A DNA stretch of 59,351 nt, the filler included. It is 5 parts of 5 records of this genome, joined end to end, with 100 filler letters (N's around TTAATTAATTAA, not from the genome) between each part and the next. Parts side by side here need not be neighbours in the genome. Positions count along the whole stretch, not along the records: positions 30,145 to 40,842 come from SRR20825019_3126; positions 40,943 to 50,350 come from SRR20825019_3128; 3 more parts are not named here. One strand, written 5' to 3'. The first letter of the stretch is position 1; every line of letters starts with the position of its first letter. The translations under genes and the position numbers were made by a program. A model generated the notes under the pieces. The model did no database searches and was not told the DNA's origin. It saw only the letters and a list, made by a program, of their open reading frames with translations. Shown in pieces: positions 35,354-46,132 of this stretch.

Positions 35354-37220
35354 ATGGCGAGAGGTGCTGCCACTATATGTAGCCTCTCAAGGTGGCCTTT
35401 TCACTCTGTGTCCAGTATTGGTGAAGTCGCCTGCTTATTCCCACAATATACCCGGCGTTTTACTCAGAAGATCGAGAGCGATGACTTCCACCCGTTCGAT
35501 TTGCACCTTGGGGCGATATCGTTACCGGAGGAGTTTCGGGAGCGCTTAGCTGATCTTGTAAATGGTAGATATATTCGTATTGAGGAAGGTAGCTATTTAT
35601 TAATCTGACTTGGTGCCAGAATACCCGAGTCATGTCGTCAGACAAGACGGGAACGAGCTTCTCCAGGTTTTGAGAGGTCACGCCCAAACAGGGTTTCACA
35701 GTGCGTATATTGTGTATCATTGTTATGTTAACTTCAATGCTGACACGCTTTTATAGTCAGAAAACATGCCCAAGGCGAAGATACAGGGCGTCTTCTTAGC
35801 AAAGAGGAGAAAAAAGTCTTGGATATGGTATCACAACAGAATAACTCTTCGACAAGGGAGCTGGGTGGAACATACTTGAACGTTACAGGTGCAGAGTTCG
35901 ATACTTGCATATGGGTGATTGTTTAAAAGCAGGGCAGGAAGTCTATTCGACGTTGAGTATGGGGAAAGGACCTCTGTGGCCTACGCGGCCACTCGACTGT
36001 CTGCAACCTTTGGTGCGGCCTGCCGAGTCCTAGCCGAAATAGCAGCCCGTAGGCCTGGTTCGTATCCGCAACCTTCCAACGGTGTTGGGCTTACAGTATA
36101 CATAGATTTCGAACCAAAGAGAGTTCTTGACTTCGGTTGCGGGCCTGCCACTGCTACAATGTAAGAATGCATTCCATATTTGTTTGACAAGGGCTTCTTG
36201 AAATAACTTTTGCTCGGCGCCACTAGGGCCGCCAACACGTTATGGACAAGCATTGATGATGGGCAGATTATGGCTGTGGATCGATCCTTGAACATGTTAC
36301 AAATAGCAAGGTGGTGCAACTTGTTGTTATGAAGCTATATTGATTTGGTCTTACCATCTGTGCCTGCAGACATCTATTGGGTGACCGCACCGTTGACTGG
36401 TTGCATAGTCTTCCGAAGACAGGAATCCAAAACAAATATGACTTGGCCTTGGCATCCTATTCATTGAACGAGTTGCCACATGAAGGTGGAGGTTTTGGTT
36501 TGGCCATAAGCTTGCATGCGCTTACTTCTTTGTGTGTAGATGCCCAGAGAGAAGCTGCAATGAGGCTATTTGAATCCGTGAGGCCCGGGGGCTTTCTGAT
36601 GATTGCTGAATATGGAACCCCCATCGGGTTCAATATAGTCAAGACCGTAAGGCAAACTTTGCTTGATGAATGTGAAGACGCTGCGGTTTTTGCACCAGTA
36701 TGTATCATTTCGGCAGTTGGCTTGCACTTGCATCTGAACCCTTGCCAATATCAGTGTGTCCATAGTCTTTCTTGCCCTATGCCTTCTACTTCATGGTGTC
36801 ATTTTGCACAGCGGGTTCAAAGGAGTGTACGGATAAACCCCGCGGCACAGAGCACCGAGGTATGACATGGTTTAGGGGGGGCTTTATGCTACATTAACCC
36901 ATATTCTTTAGGAGGAGAAGTTTTCTTACGTAATTATTGAGCGCAAAAGCTCTTCTTCACAGCAAAGTGGAGAGAATGAATGGGGTAGAATAACAAGGCC
37001 GACGCGAAAACGCCGAAACCATGTGATTGTTGATATGTGCTTGAAGTCTCCTGGCGGCGAGGAGGCATCGGTATTGGGTCAAGCAGTTATCACCAAGTGA
37101 GAGTTTATTGAGATTGAGGCAACTGAAATTTATTCTGTTATCAGGAAAAAGCATGGCAAGGACATATATGGTAGTGCCAAGAAGTCGAAGTGGGGAGACC
37201 TCTTTCCGCTGGGCGGATAG
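35354..37220 (+). CDS. RSM22: Mitoribosome small-subunit assembly methyltransferase-like protein Rsm22/METTL17 (many short exons)
   Basis: AYAATRL...RVLAEI, PKRVLDFGCGPAT, YDLALASYSLNEL, EYGTPIGF, APCVHSLSCPM...WCHFAQRVQR, EKFSY, RGHV, YGSAKKSKWGDLFP. Confidence 0.88.
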
Positions 37221-37278
37221 ATATTAGCCCGTGGCATATACTTTTGGGAACTCAATCGGAGTCAAGGAATTTGGGATC

Positions 37279-38115
37279 CTATGCTCTACCGAATCTTAGG
37301 GAGCATCGAGAGCAAAATCCCGTAAAGCGGACATGTTGGATCATGTCATCAGAAAGTTCTTGAGAGCTGCTGTTGTTTGAAATGAAGAGCAGTGCCTTGC
37401 CTGAACTGTATACTCGCCCTTTTTGCACTTTTTGCATGTTGATAGTACAGATTGCTTGACTACCCATTGGCATGTAGTGGAGAATGTGATTCACAGACTT
37501 AAAGCGGACTTGCACTGTTTTTGCAAGCTCTTCCGGATCCATCTTGAGGTGTTGCACTGCCGAAATGACCTCCTCAGGTCCAATCTCTTTGGATGGGGCA
37601 AATCTACCGTCGACGCCAGCAAAGAATTGGCTGCTGAGGGTGCGACTCATCTTGGGTCTGGTAAGGTGGTCCACGGAGCTGATGTCGAAGCTGGCGACAC
37701 GCCTCAATTTTGCCTGTTTCAGTGGACCAGTAGAATGCTGACGAGTAGGCATTGCAAGCTCTTTTTCACTAAGTGAAAGTATGGCCTCAGCAGGCCCACA
37801 TAAAGGCTTAGAGTAGTCCTTGATATTTGTAACTCCATCGATCGGAGGAACGGGGCTTAGTGCACGCCCACCTTCCCTTCTTCCTTCAGGTATCAAGCGA
37901 CTAGCGAGATTATCTTGAAGGCCATCTAACATACTCAATCCACTAATCCGTTCATTTTCGTTGTCATCCAAACATGACGGTTCCAAAGAGTCCTTCCGAA
38001 CCATACTTGACGTCCGCCGTACTTGATGAGGACTGTTGAGAAACCCTGATCGCGTCATGTCGCTTGGGCTAGGCAACGTAGAAACCCTTCGTCGGGTTGG
38101 AATGTCGTTGCTCAT
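37279..38115 (-). CDS. Hypothetical Ser/Arg-rich protein
   Basis: 278-aa ORF with protein-like composition and many RRxS motifs; probable in-frame intron near 37460-37510; no recognised domain. Confidence 0.55.
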   Translation of the reverse strand: MSNDIPTRRRVSTLPSPSDMTRSGFLNSPHQVRRTSSMVRKDSLEPSCLDDNENERISGLSMLDGLQDNLASRLIPEGRREGGRALSPVPPIDGVTNIKDYSKPLCGPAEAILSLSEKELAMPTRQHSTGPLKQAKLRRVASFDISSVDHLTRPKMSRTLSSQFFAGVDGRFAPSKEIGPEEVISAVQHLKMDPEELAKTVQVRFKSVNHILHYMPMGSQAICTINMQKVQKGRVYSSGKALLFISNNSSSQELSDDMIQHVRFTGFCSRCSLRFGRA

Positions 38116-39893
38116 GATGTGGTGTTGATCCCACAGTGACTGCTGTTTGAAACTTTATGTGGGGTGTATATAGTCGCGTCCGTTCACGCTGCTAAGAGAG
38201 CGCGAGCTGGGCAAGGATCGAGGACTCATTACCAGGTTCAATAGGAGGGCCCCACTGCAGGGCGCATGCCGAGGGGACGGTGGTGATGAATGATCCAATG
38301 GTGGAAATAAGATTCGCCTCATCGTTGAGGCACCTCACCGCCCTCTCACGGTCAGTCGTTTGGGCGTGACGGAGCGGCGGAAATGTATTGTACTGGCCCC
38401 CACTTATTGCCAAGGCTCTCAATAATCGCGACAATGTTCCGGATTTAAGAAGCGTGACGTCACTACCGCGACCCGGGGTAGGTTGAGCAGTAAAGTTGAC
38501 TAGATGGCATTGCCGTCGGAAATGGAACTGTTACATTTACATTGGACAACAGGCACTCACTGATCGAGACGCGGCCTGAACAAAGCCGTCGCTTCACACT
38601 TCATGCCAACGGCAGCGTCGCTTCGTTGAGGAGGGGGTATTAATGGCGACGCTAATGGCCTGACCGGCCAAATCAGATTGTTGCACCTCAATATAACACC
38701 GGGCTAATGACATCATCTGATCATGACTGCCCGAAAGCGGCTCCGACCGCCGGCCTGAGGGAGGCTTTGTAATACAACGGGCCATCAGTCGCCATGACTG
38801 CCATGTACCACACTTTCAGCCAGTAGGCACGATGGAAACCCCCGCTCAGTCAAGAGATCGGCCGGGGGCACTGATGACTCTTGCTCCTGACGCGGGCTCG
38901 GCCGTCCCTGATCAGTCATCTAACAAGCTGACACAACTGGCAGGTTTTTGTCGTTCCGCTTCACCTGACTCAACTGTTTCATGACTTCGCACGAAGGAAT
39001 GCCTTGACCCCTCACCACTGAAAAGCGACTTCTATCACCCAAGGTATTCACAACGGAGAACGAAGGAGTGACAACATGGTTGTGATTGCATGACCCCATG
39101 CAGTCGAAATGGGCTATGAATTGTTGTGAAAGAAGTGGAGACTGACATCTGAGAGCGCGGATGGAGAAAGGACACACGGGATGAAAATGCCAACATTGTC
39201 CAAGACTAAACGCACATAAGCTTGGAGCAATCCGAACAACTGGACCACCTACCCAAAAGGAGTTCCCCCTCTGGCAGCAGTGACACCAGAGGTCAGTTTT
39301 TGTCAAACGGAAATAGCTCGGTAATGTCCCCACTCATTACGTTTAGCATGAAGTAAGCCCGCCTACACCCACATGTCAGTAGTGGTTGGCGCTGATGCGG
39401 CTCAAAGTGAATCCAGCAACACGCTGTGTAACTTCTGGTCCGGTTACATGCAGTGTTTCTTCTAAAAATAGAACCAGCTGTGTTGATCCCACCCCCCCGC
39501 TCCGCGCCCCACCCGTCGGTTATCTTTCGCATTAGACAGAGGGCGTCCGCAGGAACGAAGGCGACAGGTATTTCTATAAACGCCACGTGGTACCAGTAAC
39601 GGCAATAGACATCTTTCCGGAGATAAAGCTGGATACTGCGCAGTGGTGACTACCGCTGAAATTGACCCTGCCAAACCATCAAGGCCCAACTGAAGCGGTG
39701 GACTTGGGTGGCTACCCTGTCTTTGCTGCAAAAGCTAAACGTGATGTGTTATCTATCCCTTCGAAGTTGTTTCCAAAATGGTGCATAGGCTACGACGTTC
39801 GTCAACATGAAAAAGACCTATTAGAACAGGACAACTAAGACAGCCTCCTTTTTAGTGAGATTGTGCCCTCCTGACATTCAAAACTAGGGTAGA

Positions 39894-40762
39894 TTATCCT
39901 GCATTTCTCAAAAACATGTCTATCAAGTCCCCGAGAGGAGCAAGCTCCTTTTTGTCTATGAGTGAGAATTCGTTTGTAAAGAATATGAAGTGCTTGAATC
40001 CAGTGTTAAGATGAGCTTCCATTTTCAGTTCACGTATTTCCTCAAAGTGACAGTGATATATATGTCCGTACACACGGAATAACCTCTTAAAAATATTTTT
40101 CACCACCGACCGAAAGTTGCTTGGGAAGGGATTTCCTGCAGGTTGCAAGTGTTATGGTCCCAAACAGTGTTTTGTAATAAAGCCCAAACCTGATTTGCTT
40201 GGAAATGTACCCTCGTCATCGAGTTGCACTTCTATCCAATCCATCAGCAACTCCACGTATCTTGGGGCAGACACGTTCTCTGGTTTTGCATGGTTACTAT
40301 CTCGCCACAAATACAAGTACCTAGGAATGCCTCAGAGTTTTACAACACTAGCCAACGCAAACATACTGTGGTCCTGCAGACATTTCGGGACAAGACTGTT
40401 GGGTACAAAACTCACTCACGGTACCGAACAACAGGTTGATCTCGTTGTAGAAATCAACAGCTGGGATAGGTTAGAACGCGCGCATCTTCCTCGTATAGAC
40501 TTACTGTTCACCGCGAGCCACTCGTCCGGATCTTCACCCATAGGTACTCTCACTGCATTCTGTAGATCTCCACTTCCAAGTGTGGCCTTCACTTTGTTGT
40601 GAAGTGTGTCCCTCTTACTTCCACTTTCGTAGGTTTTTCTTGGACGGAACGTCCGTTTTCCGTCACTGCACGATGTTTAGATATGCACGCCTCCTCTCAA
40701 GAGTTGTAAGAGACTTACTAGAACTTCATGGTTCCATGAGTATTTTGGAGATCGGCCGCCAT
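39894..40762 (-). CDS. MOB1: MOB kinase activator (Mob1) (spliced)
   Basis: KRTFRPRK...KATLGSGDLQNAVRVPMGEDPDEWLAVN, then after introns FYNEINLLFG...CPEM...YLW...APRYVELLMDWIEVQLDDE...FKRLFRVYGHIYHCHF...AHLNTGFKHF...ELAPL. Confidence 0.95.
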
Positions 40763-40842
40763 TCTTGCCAACCCTTTCCCAACATTATAGTAGAGTTGCG
40801 ATGAGGTATTTCAAGTGACCCCCCCCCCCCCCCCCCCCCCCC

Positions 40843-40942
40843 NNNNNNNNNNNNNNNNNNNNNNNNNNNNNNNNNNNNNNNNNNNNTTAATTAATTAANN
40901 NNNNNNNNNNNNNNNNNNNNNNNNNNNNNNNNNNNNNNNNNN
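40843..40942. other. Artificial contig spacer flanked by poly-C on both sides
   Basis: N44-TTAATTAATTAA-N44; C24 before and C25 after. Confidence 0.98.
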
Positions 40943-41068
40943 CCCCCCCCCCCCCCCCCCCCCCCCCACGGGGACCAGTCCCACCGGCGCCGGGTCAGCC
41001 GCGGGAGGACCGGGAGGGGAAGCATAAGTATATCCTGTTCTGCGGGTTCTAATGCCTCAAAACTAAGA

Positions 41069-41803
41069 ATGGATTTGACAGCAGCAGCAAAGTCAGGTGA
41101 CTTGGACAAGGTTCGCGATTGCCTCAGTGAAGGACATGATGTGAACTGCAAAAACCAAGGCGGCTCTACCGCCTTAATTTTGGCCGCGCACGGAGGCCAT
41201 ACGGACGTGGTTCGTCTTCTACTCGAAGCAAACGCCGACGCTGCACTTACCAACAAGAGCGGCAAGACGGCGATGGCATGTGCTTCTATGAGGGGAAACC
41301 CCGCCTGTGTCCAAGCACTCCTGGAAGGAAATGCCGGTGAGTCTGCAGGGATTCCTGACGACGATGGGATGACTCCACTCATGCACGCGGTGACTCGTGC
41401 TCGTAAGGAGTGCATTCAGGCTCTAATCAACAGTCCCCAATCAAACTCAGCCGCCGTCGACAAACAAGGGAGAACAGCGCTGTGGCTCGCCGTTGAAAAC
41501 AAGCAGTATGAAGTACTTCACATGCTACTGAATACTGGTGCCGGAAAGGCTCTCGTGGATGTCCCAAGAGAGGAGGATGGTTTCACGCCGATTTTTCACA
41601 CTGCCGCAACTAATGACGTGATTGCCATGAGGCTACTGTTCGAGGAGGGTAATGCATCGCCCCTATTGAAGGACAAAGCTGGTAAGCTTGCTCGTGACTA
41701 TGCAGAGCTCGGCCAGGAAAAGAATCCTATGGCTGACTGGCATGAGGTTGTACAATACCTAGAAATTGCGGAGGGAACTGCAAGTCGATCAGCTACCAGC
41801 TAA
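41069..41803 (+). CDS. Ankyrin repeat protein
   Basis: GSTALILAAHGGHTDVVRLLL, GKTAMACA, GMTPLMHA, GRTALWLA and GFTPIFHTA repeats; intronless. Confidence 0.93.
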   Translation: MDLTAAAKSGDLDKVRDCLSEGHDVNCKNQGGSTALILAAHGGHTDVVRLLLEANADAALTNKSGKTAMACASMRGNPACVQALLEGNAGESAGIPDDDGMTPLMHAVTRARKECIQALINSPQSNSAAVDKQGRTALWLAVENKQYEVLHMLLNTGAGKALVDVPREEDGFTPIFHTAATNDVIAMRLLFEEGNASPLLKDKAGKLARDYAELGQEKNPMADWHEVVQYLEIAEGTASRSATS

Positions 41804-42139
41804 TTTCGAGACATCCATCTATCATGTGGTGTGAAGCTGCCAGGCGGAGGATTTCTCTTTCTGCGCTTGTTGTTTGCGACTTATTTCTCGTTCTCGGGAT
41901 TTGAATAATGGGATGTGTTCCATCTAGATATTAGAATTCGAATGAAGTGAAGCACGGAAGGCAAGCTGCGTTGTGCTCATGTATGTAGATGTATTCAGGC
42001 ATCATACAAAGAAGTAAAATTTGGCTTCTTGAAACAAATTGGTTTCCTTTAATAATGCCAGCATGAGGAGTCAGTGTGCATGCCTATCTTACGCATTTGC
42101 CGCAGTTCAAAAACCAAAAGAATGACTTGATATCCCAAT

Positions 42140-45100
42140 TTATTCTCTGCGAACAGCTCCACGGAACCGCCGAGCAGGTGTACGGACTCTCCTGTTCCAC
42201 CTCCGTCCCTTCAATGGCCTCCTTGCTACCCTTCTCCTAACAAACCTACGTGCAGCCCGCTTAAACGGATGCAGGCGTCCACGGCGATATTGAGGAGCTC
42301 GCGGTGTCGCCTGTGCGTAGGCAGATTGAGCATATTGAGAAGGCATGGTCTGCTGAGCGTTAAGAACCTGAGCCGCAGCGGCAGCCTGGATCTGACCAAG
42401 AGACGATGCATAAGGAGACTGAGCCATTCCGTTCGTAGGAACGGGCATACCATTGGTTGGCACCGGCGGGTAGGCTACCGGGTAGTACTGCGGATTGAGC
42501 TCGTTCATTTCCATCGTGGGAAGCATTGAGCCCGAACCCATGCCCATGCCCATGCCCATCATGTTGGATGCCATCGCCTCCATCTCGGCTTCACCTTCGC
42601 CTTCCATCGCCCCATGCATCATTCCCTCTCCGACATATTCAGCCAAGTCGTCGTCATCTTCAGACTCCTCGCGCGAGTGCCTAACACGCTTAGCACCACC
42701 ACGTTTCTTGGCAGGCTTCTCATGTGCCTTCTTCCACCTTGCTCCAGCCCCAAGAGTGTAGTACAGTTTCTTGGCCCATTTGTTGATGCCAGGAACCTTC
42801 AGCTGCGTCTCTTCCATCTCAGCGGTCTTTCCCGCAGCGGCGCCGGTGTTCACAAATTCAGCTCCTCCTGGAACTGCAGTGCCAAGACGCAGCTTATACT
42901 TGCCCTTGTTGGGGATTTCAATCTCGGTCGAGGTCTCATCCACGGGTATATCCAATGCCTTGCGCATGGAGGGCGAGTTGAAGCTCTTCGTCAGAGCAGT
43001 CCGAACCACGCGAGTCACTTCCTTCGGCAGTGGAGCACCGTCGGCTATGCCCAACAATCTACGAAGAGCCCTAACGATCTCGCGAGACATCACGCGGATG
43101 CCAATGTGAGGATCGCCACCGCGCTTTGGTGTGTCCGGCGGCGTCATTCCTGGTGGGGGAGGGGCAATGCGGAGAGGCTTCTCCTTGAGCGCTTCCTCAT
43201 CGAAGTGCTTGGCAACAATGGTACCATTGAACAGCTGCTCGTCGGGTATGAAGTCAAGGCCAGGGTCATGTTGGATAACATCGGATGGTACCACCTGCTC
43301 CTTAACCGGCTCCGCGACCTTGCGTGCCTTCACAAAGGTTGTTGGCGTTGGGGAGGCAGCCTTCGGTACAATCTTCGCCGGCTCATCAAGCTCGGCGTCG
43401 CCCTCGCTCTCATCCCCACCATCCTCGTCCTCATCGTCCTCGTCGTCACCGGCATCCTTGACACCTGCCTCTTCGGCGAGCTTGTCCTTCACGGCCTCAC
43501 CCAGCACTTCCTTTGCGGCAGCAGCGGAGCCGGCCTCATGCTCAGTCTCAGATTGCGCCAGCTTCACTTCGTCCTGTCTCAACTCACTCCTATAACTACG
43601 AAGTGTAGCACGGTACTTGTCAAGCTTCGTACGGTATTGGGTAAGCTCGGCTTCGGCCTTTTCAGGAGCCAGGGTGCCATGAGGCTCCCCAGGCTTGTAC
43701 GCTGGATGGTCGGGGTGCTGCTTGTCAAACACGCTGGCATCATGATCAAGCTTCTTCGGATCACCACCGGTAGTCGGTCGCTGCTCCAAAGCTTCTGCTT
43801 CCATGTTGGCAGCTTCCATGGTTTTCTTCAGAGCCTTCTGGGTGGCCTCAATGGCACGCTCATTCCGCTCCACCCGCTCTGCAAGGCTGTCACCAGCATG
43901 TGCAATCCCCTGAACTTTCATGTCTTCCTCACTCAAGGCTGCAGCCAAGAGCTTTGACCGGTCCGAAAGCTTCTTCTGATAAGCTTCGCTCTTCAAGCCC
44001 TCCTGAGCCACCGCTCCAACGGCGTTCTCCGTCTCTTGCTCGAGCGCCCGGCCTTCAGCTTCTACCTGTGCGCCTTCGCCAGCCACCTTCTGAATTTCTT
44101 CCTCGCCCTCTTGCTCAAGTGACTGCCCCTCCTGCTCGAGCCCACTGACCTCACCTTCGACTTCGTCCTCAGCTTCACCAACCTCCTTCCCGGCTGCCCG
44201 TTCGATGGCCTTCGCCTCGCCCTGGGCTGCCTGCTCGGCCTCACCGATGCCTTCAGCGGCTTCTTCGGCTTCTTCTTCAGCTGCCTCAAGCTCACGCTCA
44301 GTCTTCTTTGCTTCGTGCTTTGACATGCGCGAGATGTCTCTGTCATCACTCCGCCGCTTGCTCGCGTGGCGCTTGTGCTTCTGGGTGGTGGTGGTGGTAC
44401 GGGTGGTGGTAGTTGTTGCACTTGATGAGCCACTGGCCGAATTATGGCTAAGAGCTTCCGCCAACTTCGCTGCAGAAGACGCAGCGGCTCCTGCGGCCTT
44501 GGCGGCATGCTCCGCGGCCTGCTTGTTGCCATCGCTCTCGGTCAACGAGCCCTCAGAGCGCTTCACCTTCCTCTTCAAGTGTTTTCTAGCCTTCCCCTCG
44601 TGCGCCCTCCTCTTATGGCTGTGGCCCTTATGATGGTGGTCAGACTTACGGTTATGCCGAGAATGCTTTGCCTTCATGTGCTTCCCGTGTGCCACATGCC
44701 CCTTCGCTTTGGAAGATGTCTCCTCAACAAGGTCAGCAGCAGCCGTTGCGTCCTCAAAAGCCTTATCTGCATGTTCCTTAGCGGCAGAGGCAGGTACTTC
44801 CGTGGTGTCAGCAGCGTCGCTGTCATCACCGGTGCCATCATCATCATCGCCATTCTTGTCACTGAGCTCAGCCTTCGCTAAACGTGACTTCTTCTTCGGA
44901 GTGTCCTCATCCTGACGGGGAGAATACCTATCCTCATCGTCATCGTCATGAAGCCCCACCAAGTTCTCGATTCCTTTCAACCAGTTTCCATTGTCATCAC
45001 CGTTGGTGTCATCTCCACTAGTATCCACATCGTTACCATCTCCCAAATATGCAGCTCCTGAAACCCCCTGGGTCTCATGGTCATCAGCGTCCATATCATC

Positions 45101-45223
45101 AAAGGGATTGATGACATCGAAAGCGGAAGACTCGTCTGCAAATACTACCGAGCATACACATAAAAACCCAAAGAGAAATAGAATTGAGCGACTAAGTGTC
45201 GCCCGATGAACATCGGACGCCAT
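42140..45223 (-). CDS. Large secreted low-complexity protein (acidic, His/Lys-rich, poly-Thr, coiled-coil, Arg-rich tail)
   Basis: Uninterrupted ~1027-codon ORF from ATG 45223; hydrophobic signal ILFLFGFLCVCSVVFA; blockwise composition. Confidence 0.8.
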   Translation of the reverse strand: MASDVHRATLSRSILFLFGFLCVCSVVFADESSAFDVINPFDDMDADDHETQGVSGAAYLGDGNDVDTSGDDTNGDDNGNWLKGIENLVGLHDDDDEDRYSPRQDEDTPKKKSRLAKAELSDKNGDDDDGTGDDSDAADTTEVPASAAKEHADKAFEDATAAADLVEETSSKAKGHVAHGKHMKAKHSRHNRKSDHHHKGHSHKRRAHEGKARKHLKRKVKRSEGSLTESDGNKQAAEHAAKAAGAAASSAAKLAEALSHNSASGSSSATTTTTRTTTTTQKHKRHASKRRSDDRDISRMSKHEAKKTERELEAAEEEAEEAAEGIGEAEQAAQGEAKAIERAAGKEVGEAEDEVEGEVSGLEQEGQSLEQEGEEEIQKVAGEGAQVEAEGRALEQETENAVGAVAQEGLKSEAYQKKLSDRSKLLAAALSEEDMKVQGIAHAGDSLAERVERNERAIEATQKALKKTMEAANMEAEALEQRPTTGGDPKKLDHDASVFDKQHPDHPAYKPGEPHGTLAPEKAEAELTQYRTKLDKYRATLRSYRSELRQDEVKLAQSETEHEAGSAAAAKEVLGEAVKDKLAEEAGVKDAGDDEDDEDEDGGDESEGDAELDEPAKIVPKAASPTPTTFVKARKVAEPVKEQVVPSDVIQHDPGLDFIPDEQLFNGTIVAKHFDEEALKEKPLRIAPPPPGMTPPDTPKRGGDPHIGIRVMSREIVRALRRLLGIADGAPLPKEVTRVVRTALTKSFNSPSMRKALDIPVDETSTEIEIPNKGKYKLRLGTAVPGGAEFVNTGAAAGKTAEMEETQLKVPGINKWAKKLYYTLGAGARWKKAHEKPAKKRGGAKRVRHSREESEDDDDLAEYVGEGMMHGAMEGEGEAEMEAMASNMMGMGMGMGSGSMLPTMEMNELNPQYYPVAYPPVPTNGMPVPTNGMAQSPYASSLGQIQAAAAAQVLNAQQTMPSQYAQSAYAQATPRAPQYRRGRLHPFKRAARRFVRRRVARRPLKGRRWNRRVRTPARRFRGAVRRE

Positions 45224-45379
45224 ACTTCTCAAGAGCCTATGCACGAAACCAAGCTTAGTGTTTCGCGCAAAGGGTTATCTCCATCAAAGGGCGCGCCGAC
45301 TAGTCCTGAGAGTATCCTTCGTCGTGAAATACCTATATTTCGTGGTGAGTGACAGCGGCGTTCCTTCTTGATGGCTTGT

Positions 45380-45960
45380 GGTGGCCGACCCAGTCGTCGC
45401 CGCCAGTTGACGTCCGGCGATGTGTCGATGCGGTGAGTAGGCCTACCAGATCGCCTCGTCGGAACACGGTCGGCCAGCTACGATCAGACTACCCACCGGG
45501 CGTCTGCCACCGTAGGTCCGGGCCGGCCGCCTGGCCAGCAGTGGTTGGGGCCCCGCGGCGGCCCGGCGCGGGCCCGGGCCGGCAGCCGGGCGGCGCGCTC
45601 AAGTTTTCCTCGGGTCCGCCAAATCAGTGAGCCTCACCTTGCGTAGGCACGAGGCCTTCGATTTAACGAACCATCCTCCAAAACGAAATTGTTCAAAAAA
45701 AAGCCTTTTCCGTTTTATCTCGAAATAGTGATGCGGAAGGTGAGACTCCAGAGTTTACTGTCATAGACTCCAGCTGGGGGTGACCGTTCACGTTCATTGA
45801 GTCCCAGCGCTGTCGAGTCGGGCCAGGCCGGGGGGGCGCGCCGTGCCGGCATCGCCGCTCCGGTGCCGGCCTAGGTTCAGGGCCGGTCACCGGCAGCCGG
45901 GGTGCGACAATACAGTCAGCATGCCGATCCGCGGGCGTCAGATACCGGCCGCCCCTCAGG
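45380..45960. promoter_or_regulatory. Twin GC-rich islands between divergent genes
   Basis: Two GC tracts (~45380-45620 and ~45800-45960) separated by an AT-richer core, between ATG 45223 (-) and ATG 46133 (+). Confidence 0.5.
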
Positions 45961-46132
45961 CCGTATGCTGACGTGCTTGGGCTGCTACAAGCACGACATT
46001 CTCCCCATGCGAGCTCAACCCAAAAAACACAAGCACAAGCACACATTGATCGCAATAAGAGTTATATCGAACATTTGTCGACTTGGAAATATTCATCTTG
46101 CGGATTAACTTCCATTTGTTGCAGTTGCTGAG

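Noticed and set aside
13609..35382. Pro/Arg/Gly/Ala-rich ORFs over the GC islands (e.g. 21383-21904, 26863-27450, 34852-35382)
   Set aside because: They are open in several frames on both strands simply because stop codons are rare in GC-extreme DNA; no domains.
42614..43957. 447-aa plus-strand ORF and similar long antisense ORFs at 56003-57028 and 57051-58184
   Set aside because: Antisense shadows of genes with strong codon bias.
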